NCBI GenBank assembly: GCA_009103225.1
Contig: RHPI01002402.1
Location: 310,001-374,000 of the forward strand
Length of the DNA stretch: 64,000 nt
Direction of reading: 5' to 3'
Source: Chlorokybus atmophyticus
Lineage: Eukaryota; Plantae; Mesostigma and Chlorokybus algae
Shown here: positions 1-12,449 of the stretch, in pieces
Numbering within the stretch: position 1 is the stretch's first letter
How the letters are laid out: each line of letters begins with the position of its first letter
Made by a program: the position numbers and the translations under genes
Notes under the pieces: generated by a model
Told to the model about the DNA's origin: nothing
The model's database searches: none
What the model saw: only the letters and a program-made list of their open reading frames with translations

Positions 1-408
1 AGTGAACGTGAAGCTGTCAATGTCACAAGCAAAGCAACTCGTCCGGCGTGCGTGTGTTTGATTAACACGCAGGCAACATGCAGGCAACCTGTCAGCTGCT
101 GACGTTGCTCGTGCAAGTTGCAATTTACAGTCCTGTGGACAGCCAAGCCTCGGCCTGCTTTGCTTTGTCGTCATTGAGAAGCGTCCTTTGTGCACACAGG
201 CTATTCGGCGAGGTGTACAAGCATGCTGGAGATTATGAAACTGCATTGACCAAGCCTCAGAAGCATGAACTCTTCCTCCTACCGTGCAGCCCCTTCTGTT
301 TGCGAAACGTTCCAGCAACAGCATTCTGCAAATCTCAGTGCTTTGCACAAGCGCATTGGACAAGTTCGTGTCATTGACTTGCATGCTGCACCCTGCGTTC
401 TTACCTAG

Positions 409-659
409 CCAATGCCTGCCTTAAGAAGCTGGCAGTAGCATCAGCTGTCAGTGACAGCAGCAGCGTGCCAGCAGCTACGACGCGCAGCCTTCACCATGAC
501 GCCAAGTACCCCCTCGCCTCTGCCACCTCCAAGCTGCAGCACGATGACAATGACGACAACACTGTCGACAAGGAGGTCAAGCAGGAGGCAAGCACAACGG
601 CGGAAGAGGCGGAAGCCACACTCTGTATTAACAAGCTAATTTACATTGTTGGTTGTTGA
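409..659 (+). CDS. Probable 3' terminal exon of an unidentified gene that starts upstream of the window
   Basis: AG acceptor at 407-408 opens a frame (ANACLKKLAV...QHDDNDDNTVDKEVKQEASTTAEEAEAT...) ending in TGA at 659. Acidic low-complexity tail; no family recognised. Confidence 0.3.
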
Positions 660-2072
660 TCTCTTGCAAACACAGCTTCACACCAACTAACCAACCACGT
701 ACATAGGCCAGTTCTGACACATTAGCATGCAGTGCATGCGCTGCTCCGCTAACATCATGCTTGTCAAGCAGACCATGCTGTAGCTGGCATACTCGTGCCG
801 TATGTACTTGACATGCTTAAAGTGTTCCAACGTGCAGCAGCCAGTTCAAGCCTTGATTAGCTGTGTTTGAGTGTTGCTGTTACTTATGGCATGCAGGTTC
901 ATCTTACAGAGGGGAAGTGGTACTCGCGTGTCTGTTGCGCACTATGAGCTTCAGCATCAAGCTGAGCGGGTACTCGCACGCTCAGGCGCAAGTCAACCCT
1001 GTCAACGCATAGAACATCATTCAAGCACCAGAAGGTAAGAGGCTGGTTTGCAGGCTGCTTGGCAACAGTGCAACTTGAGCCTAATTGCGTATACGCTGTG
1101 GATGTAGGCAATATGCCACATGCAGTGTATGCTGCACGTTTCGTGTTACCAAAAAAAATTGCTGTGATGGCAAAAGCAAAACTCATTTCGCCATCATTAA
1201 CTGGGCAGCTGTTATAACGCATGCAGGCACACAATTGCACGTGCATGTCCGCGCTTGCAAGCGTATTTGCGTACATCCGTGAGTGCATGCGTGCATGGAC
1301 ATAGCCCACCTTAGTAGCATGGTGGACGGTGGTTGGCTGTAATGGCGATTTATGTTCGTATTACTTTTTTATAACAGCATGAAAGGGCATGACACTTCGA
1401 GATTAACAACTTGGCGGGCGTTACAGATGACCACTGCTTTTTAGCATGGGGACACAGCTGTCGCATACACGCGCACTATGCACCTGTACTCTGGTTGGTG
1501 ACTGCAGCTACCTGCCTCACCCATCGTATCACGCACCCACATGTGCACAGCCCACTGACAACAATGTGAAACACAACTCCTTACTCGTTATGTACTAGCA
1601 TACAACATCGTCACACCAAGCTATACGTACTGTCATCCCTGCCTATCACTGCACAAGCATACTCACACGCATGCCAGCGGCATGCAAGCCTTACTACTGC
1701 AGCAGACAGGGTCGCGAAAACTTGGCACCTAGTAGGTTGATGGACCAAGGAACAAGCGACCACTGATTGGCAACACCTGCATTCCTACGCTGGTGATCAA
1801 AACGTTTGCAGTACTCCCAAGCTTATTCACAAGGGCATATTCGGTCGCAGTATGTTCTGCCGATGCACTTGAAGAGACATCCGCAATACGCAGTGATTGC
1901 TGCTTACAGGCAACATATTCCTTGGTTGGTCTCCACATGATGGATAAAGCGTTGCGAATTGGAGGTGACAGATGCTGCTGGGTATAAAGGCAGAGCCTAC
2001 AATTAAACTAGCAAACCAATACTTTGACAAACAGACTGATCTAGTCTCAAGCTACAACCCTACCTAGGTGCA

Positions 2073-4823
2073 TTAATGGGTGGTCACCAGCAGTGTAGCA
2101 TCATCGTAGCCAAACTTGTGTTTGTGCCTGTGGAACAAGTCAATTAAGGCAGTGTAGAAGCGCTTGGCCATCTCCTCCACTTGCTGCTCTGTCGGCTGGT
2201 ACACCAGCGTTTCATTGCCGCTGCTGAGGTTGGCGGATGGTTGGGACGCGAGTTCAGGCATCCTGAGGGGTTCTCCTACAACAATGTTCATGGGTATGCG
2301 GCATGGCAGCGGCAGATAGTTCATCAGGCCAACTGGCAGAAAAGGGACTGGGAAGCCAAAGCGTTTGTATGTCCACCTCTGTACACATGTAGGATGGGAA
2401 TCAGCAATAAATTCCGCAACTAAGCTTCAGTGCTCATGCGCTGGCATGCAATGCACATGCATGCGGTGGTATGCACATGATTTCCGCAAACCCCTCTGGA
2501 CGAGTGTACCTGGAGTGCAGGCCATGCAACAAAGTTGAACAGGATGTGGCTTTCACCAAAGTTGAAGACTGGCACCAGCTCAGCACCAGATTGCAACGCC
2601 TGTCTGACAAAACCTTTGTGACCAGTATATATGACTACTGTGCGCGCATCTCTCGCGAGCTTTGTCGTGGCAACCAGCTCTGCCTATTGCAGCATTAGCA
2701 ACATTAGCTATAATGAGCACATTATATTGTCACAACCTGCATGTTACTGTCATGCATGTCTCACCTGACCACCAGGGCAAAGCACAACCGCCTTCTGGTC
2801 TCTGACTGCAAGCTGGAAAGAGGCTCGTGACACAACACGAGCACCTCGCCACATCAGGAGATCACGAAGGATGGGCACATGGAAGACAATACTGGCGCAC
2901 AGCAGTACTGGCTGTATGCCAGGGAACAAACGCTTCCACTGCTCTGTCTGATGGAACCACGCCGTGGTTGCCGGCATCAGTGCATGCGGCTGCGTGCACC
3001 AAATTGTCAGTCACACGCAACACATCACATACATTGGTAACCATGCAGCTGTTGGCAATAAGTCTCACATGAAAGCCAAAGACATAACGCTTGCTGGGGT
3101 CCAGAGGCTCTGATGACTCTCTGAAGAGGTGCACACCTTTGAAGTACCTAGTACTTGCTTGCTCCAGCCAGTGGATCCAACTGCAACGGAGGCTAGACTC
3201 AACATCGGATGCAAGTGGTGCAAGTAACAATTCTATCAGGACCTCATTGATACCCAATGTGCTTGCATTTAAGCATGATGAGATGGAGACCAGCAATGCA
3301 CATAACAACCGAACTTACAAATAGGTGCCCTCCCACCAGGTGCGTTTGCCTGTGATGTGTGGCGAGCCTATCCATGTCAACGCGTACAGGAGTTTGGTGC
3401 CCACAAAGAGGGAGAGGGAAACTCTTGTGGGCAACAACGCAAAGCTTGCGCCGACGATGCCCAGATAGGTGAAGTGTGGGTTGTACATCAGCCAGATTGT
3501 GGCCCACGCGCGCACGGTGATGAAACACTCCACAAGCGTGCCATAGAGCCCCGCTACATCAAAACGCGTGTTGATCACCAGCACAACAGAACCGTCTTGT
3601 TGTACTGTTGTGCCTGCTGGCGTTTGCACAGTATGTTCTGTAGCAGAGGTGAGAACCGGTGCGCTAGCTGAGTCAACGCCAAATGGTCCATGCATGGGCC
3701 ATGACTGCAGCTGTTTGCGAGATGAGGGTGTCTTGAACGTCAACAGCGATGACACCATCTACGCAAATGGGTGAGGTCAGTGGTGCCACTGAGAAGGGCT
3801 GCATGCAAGCCTGGGAACAAAAGGCATACCAGCACTTCTGCCATGACTGCCGTCGCACATGGCTGCAAGGCGGAATTGCCTGGCCGCAACAACGCAAGAA
3901 CTGTGGCCAGCAAGGAGATCGCGTACAAAGCCCATGACAGCGCCTGAAACAGCACAAAATGTGCTCCACCAACGAAGGGCTGCCAAAAAGCCCAACCATA
4001 TGGGCCATAGCGCCAGTAGCCTCCAATAAAGTGAGTAACAGGAACTGTACAGCACGAAAATCGAGTCAATACACAAAAAAGACTGATTGACTCGGCAGCG
4101 AGTATGTTCCTACATGAGCTGTCGGTATGACTGAGCCTGGCTGTCAGTGCAAGGTGCTGAGCATGTTTGGTGTCCTTCAGGATGCAATCACTGTACGTTG
4201 TGACTGAGCAGCCCGAGCGTGCCCTATCCCGTGTAGCACTTCACATGACGTAGTTATCAGGCATGCAGATTGCTTCACTCAAACCGTTTGACGTTCAAGT
4301 CTTTATTCGCAATAACGTAGCTCACTTGGTCATGAGCCCTGCTCGACAAGAACTGTGGCACAAAAATTGGCTTGAACACCCATCCATGTCTGTTCCCAGC
4401 CTTATGGCATGACACTTGTACACACCGACAGCCCCTCAACTACTGCGCAGCGCTCGTGTCAGGCACGGCCACTGCAGTACTTTGATATGTTGTATTGATT
4501 AAGTCGATTGTGTTTGATACCGGTGATTGCTTGCTAAGGGGGAAAGGTGCATGGCGCAAAGCGGCAACGTGACACTGACCGGCAAGGAAGACAGTGGCAG
4601 CCGCCCCTATGGCGCATATGTGTCGCCATTCGTCAAGAAACGCCTCGGCAGCAGCAAACAGCCCAACGGCGAGCGCTGGTAGGAGCGCGCTGGCGGTCAA
4701 GAAGGACACCCAGCTGGGCGACGGCACCGCTCCCTTGATATGAAGCACCTCCTTGGCCGCAATGCCGACCTCGACAGGCTCAGGCACTGTCGGCGAAGCC
4801 TTCCGCCTCCGACCCTTTGCCAT
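2073..4823 (-). CDS. DGAT2: Type-2 diacylglycerol acyltransferase (DAGAT family), multi-exon, with extended hydrophobic N-terminus
   Basis: Spliced motifs: DPSKRYVFGFH|PHA (HPHG-box variant), ASIVFHVPILRD, VVLCPGGQ, HKGFVRQALQSGAELVPVFNFGE, IVVGEP and FYTALIDLFHRHK. GT-AG introns lie between them. Confidence 0.88.
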
Positions 4824-5688
4824 ATCGCAGCTGCGTTATCCTGCCTGACCCAACGCCGGGCTTGCCCTTGTGATGCTCCCACGCTACGTCAACGCTTCCA
4901 GCCAAGACGAAACGCCTATCATCTCGTACTCGCAACACCTATGCTCTCAGCCATGCCCACAGACATGACAACAACCTCGCTTCACTGGCTGCGGTCAAGC
5001 ACCAGCTAGCGTGGTCACACCGAGGCACGGTAAGCAGAGCACAAATGTCAACCTGCCAAACTTTTCTTGCAGAACCCCTCCTTCCACCCGTCCAAATGAC
5101 GCAACAGCTCAGCTGCCCAGTCCACCGCCCCACGCGCCGACGACGACAGCGACCACCCCGTCCCCGCCGCCGCTCTTGCTACGGACCGACCCCTGTGTGC
5201 TTTCCTTGCCAAAGCGAGCTGCTGAAGTGGCATCCAGTATGCACGTCAGCTTTTGGTACCTTTCGCTCTTGAGCGCGAACCTCAGTCAAAGAGTCGGCGC
5301 TTCCGGGGTCTGAGTCAGACCATCTGACTAACTTTAACAGTAGGCCTAGCCTAGCGATAATCATAACTTTTGTGGGTCTCAGAGCGATTCATTGGGCTTG
5401 CAGTGGATATCAAGGGTGTGACACAGTCATGACTAACCGGAAAAGAATGGTACCCGTAACTGACCCAACGCCGAAGTTGCGCCTCGCGCGTGCGCAGGCG
5501 GGTCCCTGGTGCCTGAAGTTGAAAGTTCAGGCCCTGATGCAGTGCGCGCTTCACTCTTGAACCGAACCAGAATCCGTGACGGGGATCCTCAAATGGCTGG
5601 TTCGCCGATGGAGCCGGCCACGTTCTGTCAGGAGGACCCATGCGTTGTTGTCAGATGGACTATTAACGTTGACATGCGTTTGGTCCGC

Positions 5689-5754
5689 GGGGGGGGGGGG
5701 GGGGGGGGGGGNNNNNNNNNNNNNNNNNNNNNNNNNNNNNNNNNNNNNNNNNNN
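5689..5754. other. Poly-G run followed by assembly gap (N 5712-5754)
   Basis: Direct observation. Confidence 0.95.
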
Positions 5755-6261
5755 GGTGATACTTGTAACCACATGCACAAAGCTGCATTGTAAAGCAAAG
5801 GGGTGCAAAGTAGTGTGCTAGCAGGCCACACGCAAGAAATGTATCAGCAACACAAAATGTAGGGGGAGAGGGGGGCAGAGCAGCGTTACTATATAGGTCC
5901 CTGCGCTGCGTTGGTACCTACAAGTATACAACATACAACATCCAAACACTTTAAACAATGACATACCCATGCATTCCAGCAGCAGGCAAGAGATAGGGCA
6001 AGAGAGAGGGTAGGGAGTCACCACCGCACAGCAGGCACTCGACGTCAGGGCAGGGCTCCAGGAGCAGGTTGCGGACAGCAACGACGACAACTGGACTGGG
6101 CCCCAGACGGGACGGCCCCGCCACCACAACCAAAAGAAGTCCGTTGTGTCGTGTTGATAGCTGTCATGTAAGCTGGTGCTCGATATCCATCTTTATAATT
6201 TGGAATGCTGTTTCGCAAAAATTGCAATGGCGGCATCGGACAAATGCCTTAAAAAAGCAGA

Positions 6262-6528
6262 AGGGGTGCTACCGCCCCCTCTATCCCTTACCCCAATACC
6301 GCCACCAACCACGCCGTCGACACCGCCGCCGCCAAGGGCAATTGCCAAAGCAGAAGTTTCCTGGGCTATGGCGGCCGCTGCGTTAGCAGTGCCGCCATAC
6401 AGCTGATATCGACACTCGACACGAGTCTCGTGTCGATATCAGTGTTGCTGATAAGTAACACTATATTAAGGCCTTAACATTAGGTTAACGGTCTTAATAC
6501 AGCTTAATTTGCTGCATATACTCGTTGG
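6262..6528. repeat. Multi-hairpin cassette, copy A (direct repeat of 12981-13246); 3' non-coding/PPT region or LTR remnant of a Gypsy element
   Basis: Aligns co-linearly with 12981-13246 (roughly 80-85% by eye). Contains four adjacent inverted repeats and, on the minus strand, a purine tract GGGATAGAGGGGGCGGTAG. Confidence 0.85.
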
Positions 6529-6529
6529 G

Positions 6530-6692
6530 ACACAGCACTCCAGTACCCCCGAAGAATATTTTGACAGTTTATAAGATTCCTTTCGGGCTCCTACGTGTTG
6601 TGCTCTACACCATACCCTTTTCATTTCATCGAGTAAGACGGCGCGCGTCCGCGTCGAGGCTTACGGTGAGTCAGGATTGCTTCCACCTCATA
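6530..6692 (-). pseudogene. Chromodomain at the integrase C-terminus of element 1 (degraded)
   Basis: YEVEAILTHRKPRRGR...K*KGYGVEHNT*EPERNLINCQNILRGYW across a frameshift; the two Trp codons are mutated to stops. Confidence 0.8.
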
Positions 6693-6949
6693 CTTGAAAT
6701 ATTGTCGCCATCCATTGCAATGGGGGGTGGAGGACGTTGAACCCGACCGTTAGAACGGTACAATTTTATAAAACACATTGTAAATACATGTCGACTTCGG
6801 TGAGTCCAAACGATATGCGTGAGTGCCGACCCGGTCAGTTACTTTGAAAGGGCCTATCCCACAAGGGAAAAACTTGCGGATACCCAATCCCATCAATGGA
6901 GACATTTTTGGTACTCAGAAGCACCAAACAGCCCATAATGTAGTTGGCC

Positions 6950-9200
6950 TCTCTACGATGCGCATCAGCTTGGGCTTTATCTGTCTTGCGTTGCGCGCAA
7001 ACAATCCTTTCCGAACGCTAACCTATCATGCATGGCTAAAGCCATCTTGCGTGCTGTAGGTACGCGAGTTACGTCAGTAGCGGGCAACTTGATACTCGTA
7101 GAACTTAGTGGATGCACTCCGTAATTCAAGAAAAACGGAGTTCCTGCACACTCTCTTTTCATGCATTATTGATCGCAAATTCAACCATTGGAAGGTAGAC
7201 ATCCCAATCACTCTGGTTCAGGCACACATAATGCCGGATGGTTTCCTTAGTTAGTTGATTAGCGCGTTCAGTCTGACCATCCGTCTGCGGATAGTAAGCT
7301 GTGCGCATGTTCTGTTGGATCTGTAAGAAGCTGCATAGCGACTTTCAGAACTAATGACCAATTAGACGCAAAGTTGCGGGGCAAGCCTTGCAACTTAAAC
7401 ACAAACGCGACAAAAAACCATTGCTAACTCACGTGAGCCTATCTCCGTGCGACAAGGGACAATGTGAACCATTTTGGTTAAACGGACCATAAAAAACTGC
7501 AACCGTAGTATGCCCTAATGCTGTTTCTGGGAGCTCAGTAATCAGGTCTATACTCACACTTTCCATTTGCCATCAGGAACAGGCAATGGTCGCAGCAACC
7601 CAACGGGTTTCTGACGTAGCGGCTTGTCACGCTGACGTTTGTCACATGTGTCCGCATAATGCTTTACATGAACAGGCAATGATGGCCACTGATGCAGTTG
7701 TTGCGCTGCCTTCATAGTCTTGCGACTGCCCAAAGTGCCCAGCGTACGGTGGATCGTGTATATCAGCCATGCATTTCGCACACATCTCGGCATGGTTAGG
7801 TATCACCAAGCTAATTCCCACGTAATATAAATTGTCTCATTTTTCAAGCTTTTGCACGTTCTCTTCTGAAGGTGACCATGAGTCTGAAGCATACCCTTGC
7901 ACAACAGCTTGCACAAATTCAACATCTGAAGACAATGTAACGTGCGTCGCAAGCAGTTGCGCACGCATAACTGCCAACAACGATGGACAGCGAATCAGAG
8001 GATCAGCAATGTTTGTTCTGCCAAGCCGGTATACCCACTCAAAAGTAAACCAGGACAGAAAATCATTCCAGCGAGCTTGTCTACATGACAAATTTGGCTG
8101 TGTTGAGAAGTACATTAATGGATTATGATCATTCACCACTGTAAACTGAATCCTCTTCTAGTAACATCGCCATGTTTTCAGAGCATGTACTATGCCAAGC
8201 AACTCTTGTTTAGTGGTAGTGCAGTTCACCTCTGCTGGAATGAACCTCCTACTCTTATAAGCAGATGGTCTGCCATCTTGCAACGGTACTGCACCACACC
8301 TAAGGGTGGACGCATCGCTAACCACAATGAAGCTGTTCACAAGAATGGAGCGTCTTTTTGCAACAGTTTTGTCAGGGCGCCACAACTGTAGAATACCCCA
8401 TCATAAACTTACGGAAGTAGTTTGCCAATCCCAAGAATGATCGCAGGTGATGTACATGCTTGGGTCAAGGCCAATCTTTTACAACTTGCACCTTGCGAGG
8501 GTCAGGTTTAACACCCGCACCGATCACAATGTGCCCCAAGAATGGCAACTCCGTTTTGCAAAAGTCACACTTTGCAAGATTGACAAACAAGCGATGTGTA
8601 CACATCAAGGCAAACACCGCTTCCATATGCTGCTTATGCTTTTTCTTGGATTTACTGAAAACAATGATGTCATCCAAGTAAACCATAACATACTTGCCAA
8701 GTATGCCACCAAAAATCTTATTCATTCCCTTCTGAAACACTGCGGGCGCATTGATCAGTTCAAAAGGTAACACTTTACATTAATAATGGCCTGAAGTAGT
8801 AGTAGTAGTAGTAAAGTAGTAAAGTAGTAAAGTAGTAAAGTAGTAAAGTAGTAAAGTAGTAGTAGTAAATTCTGATCACTGTTTTGTAAACAAAAAAAAA
8901 GGATGGATCCGGATTTTACGATATCCAGTTCTCAAGTCCAGAATACTGAAGTAGGCACTTTCTGACAAAGTATAAAGCACATCATCGATCCGTGGTAACG
9001 GGTACGGAATCTTGACCATGATCTTGTTCAAGGCACGACAATTCACACACACATGCGCAGCTTTCCCTTCCTTTTTCATCACAAACAAGGTGGGCGCGCC
9101 AAAGGGTGAAAAACTTAATTCAATCAATTCCTTTTCCTTAACCTGAGTTTCCATTCCCCCTCTCGCGGGGGCTCAGCCAATATATAGGTCGAAACGGAGG
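6950..9200 (-). pseudogene. pol of element 1 (RT, RNase H, integrase), frameshifted
   Basis: RT: SPFGAPTLFVMKK, YPLPRIDD, LPFELINAPAVFQ, YLDDIIVFS, FLGHIV. RNase H: VVSDAS, KQELLGIVHALKTWRCY, TDHNPL-like, NIADPL. Integrase: CDKRQRDKP..PVGLLRPLPVP, TPFFLNYGVHP. Confidence 0.9.
8795..8868 (+). repeat. (AGT)n/(AAAGTAGT)n microsatellite inside the RT coding region of element 1
   Basis: Direct observation; it separates the ...FT and GHY..VLPF parts of RT. Confidence 0.95.
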
Positions 9201-9326
9201 CTCATCATTAGGATTGAGTGGTATATGTGTCCGACACCTAAATCAGGAGGTAAGCTGGGCAACTCATTAGAAAACACATCTTGGTAATTCTCAATAGTGT
9301 CTGCAACACCTTCTGTACTGCCCGGC

Positions 9327-9675
9327 TGTCACGATTTATCTCAAATTGTGGGGACTGAGGCAGATTCAAGGGCAAAAAAACATTTGGGGCCACTTGCCCT
9401 AGGCTGGGCGCAGGTTCGCAACCTGTGCGCCGAGCCAGTTTGACCGATGGCCGCGTAAGTGGTCGCTCCGCAATGGCAGGTCGCGCGGTGAGGATGGCCA
9501 TTGCAGTTTGGTCGGTTATAAACGTTCGTAGGCCGGAGGCCAAAAGGCCGCTGGCAAACCGGTTGTGGTATGGTTATGACCACGACAACGTGGGCAAGTA
9601 AGTGCTTCATTGAATAATGAGAAACCCGTGGGTTAAATTGGGGCGGTATGTCACGATTTGGGATAAATTGTAACA
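9327..9675. mobile_element. 349-bp TG...CA insertion with 23-bp imperfect terminal inverted repeats (MITE-like or solo-LTR-like) inside element 1
   Basis: The left end TGTCACGATTTATCTCAAATTGT matches the reverse complement of the right end, TGTTACAATTTATCCCAAATCGT, at 19/23. No target-site duplication is visible. Confidence 0.55.
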
Positions 9676-10599
9676 GATCTCACTCTTAGTAGCATCTTTT
9701 GCTACCATGGCATAGTGGTCGGAGCCCACTTGTTACACCGGCACAAAGTCGTTCAACAATGTTAAGTGGACAACAAAAGCCGGTGTGTTTTTGCGCATCG
9801 CATGTTTCACTTGCAGTGCAGTGAGTTTTGAAGGTCAGGCTGCTTGTGCTCCAAGCTATGTGACCCGTTCACAGACAATGTTACACGCTTACAACCTTTA
9901 TTGTGCATAGGCGTGCACCAGTATCCAATGTCATTTTTACATTTTCCTGCCATTCCTGTCATAATACCACATCAACATTTGATATGTTAATGGATATTAC
10001 TATGAAAGTAAGAGTGGCATGAGCATTACCAATCTTTACCTTCATTTTTATTTCCCCTTTTACTGGCAACGCACCCCCCGTACAGGCAGCTGAAAACGCT
10101 AAGTGTTTACACGCTATTTTGTTGCGCGCAACCTATTGTTCCTCAACAAAGTGTTGTGTTGCACCAGTATCAATCAAGAACGAACTGTTAACAGCATGCA
10201 TTGTGCCACCGAATGTCCACAACAGAGGTACAACCCATCCTTGAAATGTAGCCTAGAGTCCGTGATTGATGCGAGGGTCGATCGATATTGCCGACAATCG
10301 CACTGTCCCTGTTTCACGCTTGCTTCAGCTTAGTACCCCCCGAGTATGTTTTAACCATGGGCCATGATACTTTGGCACCATCACCACCATACTCAAAGTG
10401 TTGTGCTCCTTTTGCAAGTTAGTAAATGCATGCAACACATCGGTAGGCATATTGGACTCCACATGTACCAGCACACAAGCGTTCCATTCCACTTTTGCAA
10501 CACCAACGAGTAGCAACTAGTCATGTGCTTGCCATGCATGTGTCATTACATGCACTTGGGACAGATCATCAAACCAGTTTGCTGCATGCATCTCAAGCA

Positions 10600-11535
10600 A
10601 CTGGCTATCAACCATCTCTACATCAGTCACAACGTAATCTTATTCAACCTTCTTGGCCTTACCCTTCGCCTTAATAGGGCAGTTCTTTGCAATGTGGCCC
10701 GGCTGATGACAAACGTAACAAGTGCGAGCCGCAGCAGGTGTAGCACCACCTGCAGATGTGCCACCAGTATAAGGCGTGAATGTCTTCGCTTTCTTTGCCG
10801 TGTGCGCACTCTGCTGAGGGTAACGCTTTCCTCCCACCCCCTACGGCTTGGCCGTAGCTGCCACATGTGCCTTCTCCTGCACCGCTGTGTCATCGCTGTA
10901 CAGGTACACACTCAACTTGTGCACGTTGGCCAAGTCCTCAAGAACCCAAGGAAGTCCCGTTGCCGTGTTATATTGCAGCTAATCGCACACACGAGCATCC
11001 AAGCCGCGCTTGTACTTTTCAAACTGCTCAGCCTTGTCCATGGGCATAAGGCCACTGTTCACGCGACCCAGCAATGCTTGGAACTCCTGCAGATAGATTG
11101 AAGCCGCCCGGCCATTCTGCTGCAACTTGTTGAGCTTGATGCGAGCCAAAGTAGCCGGGCTCTATGCCACCATAGCGCTCCACAAGGAACTTGAATAGCG
11201 CTTCCACTGTCTTGGCCGCACCATCCTCTGTTTGCCTCGCCCACTCGGCGAGAGCGTCAGATGGTATGAGCAACTTAGCAACAGCAATCGTTGATGTGCT
11301 CACCAACAGCAATCATGATGTGCTCACCAACTGGGCGCTTTAATGCTGTCAAGTAGTGCTCAACAGTGACCACCCAGTCATGCATGCTGACACTGCTATT
11401 GAGCTTGAACTTTTCAGGCTTGTTCAACGCTATAATCGGCAACCTTGCTGATGCACCAGTTGCTAAAGTAGCACCCGCCACCTGTTGGCGCAGCGCCACC
11501 AACTCAGACTGCCTATTGTCGGGGCGTGCCGCCAA
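10600..11535 (-). pseudogene. gag of element 1 with CCHC zinc knuckle
   Basis: KPEKFK...HDWVVTVEHYL, AEWARQ...FKFLVERYG and CYVCHQPGHIAKNC; frameshifted. Confidence 0.85.
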
Positions 11536-12449
11536 CTTTACTCAGCCTGTCAACTTGTTTTCCAAGTTAGGTCCCAAGTACTACAACACGTCCTTGCAAC
11601 GCTGTGAGGTTTCTACCACCAAGTTGGCCAAAGCCTCAAATGCCATGCACTTCCCTTCGTATGGAAGTGGCTTATTAATTATAATTGTGAGAGCAGCCAC
11701 TCTCGGATCACCTCGCACAAGTGGCGGGATGTTGTTCGTCAACTCGTGCTCAAGCATGCGGATTCAATAAGTTACCATCTCCTTGCTTGCGCAAGGGAGT
11801 GTGGCAGTTTGTCTCATACCCATTACGAGTCTTCTGCGCCCATGCATCCCACGCTTCCTGACAAAGGTGAGGGCCCCTCCGGGTGGGCCGCAAGCGGAGC
11901 CTTACGCTCTTAGGCATACTTCTCAATGGCCCCTCTAATGACACTCTGAGTGTCCACTGGTCCACCTTGAGAAGACTGGTTGAGAAGCATCACTCTTCTG
12001 CGTGCCTTCTTCTTTCTTGTCACTGCTGGTAAGCTTGTGGCTTTCACTCGTATCTGAGTCTCTCACTATGTCATCACTCGATGGTTCGTATGATGACAAT
12101 GAGTTAATAACGGCGAAGTATTTGTCACCTCCCTCTCCTTGGTCAACCATCTGCCCAAGGAAAGCCTTTAGCAAGTGCACAAATACACAGATTGTGCACT
12201 GCAAGAGTGGCAAATGCTAGTGATGTTGTCTCATCAATTTTCAAGGGGTTAACGTGGAGTATACGACCCAAACAAGAGCTCTCTACACACCTCACAACGA
12301 AACAATTACACTACGACAAACTGCACGCGAATCCATGCGATGGCTCACGAACTATAGCTGCCTTAAGTTTTCACTTTGTACAACCCAACTCAATACACAA
12401 TTGCGATTAACACACGGGGGGCCAAAATCTCGTTAAATCAACCTTACAA

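Larger units (their letters stand above)
6530..12100 (-). mobile_element. Decayed Ty3/Gypsy LTR retrotransposon, chromovirus type (element 1); boundaries approximate
   Basis: Domain order gag, (protease), RT, RNase H, integrase, chromodomain on the minus strand, with many stops and frameshifts. See sub-features. Confidence 0.9.

Noticed and set aside
700-2030. Short ORFs between the first gene and DGAT2
   Set aside because: No consistent exon chain or family motif; probably UTR or intergenic.
5755-6260. Canonical LTR and primer-binding site for element 1
   Set aside because: I found no matching TG...CA LTR pair and no clear PBS (iMet or this tRNA-Asp). The adjacent assembly gap limits the check.
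6360-6520. Hairpin cassette as a hammerhead ribozyme
   Set aside because: No CUGANGA plus GAAA core in the right arrangement on either strand (only CTGATA).
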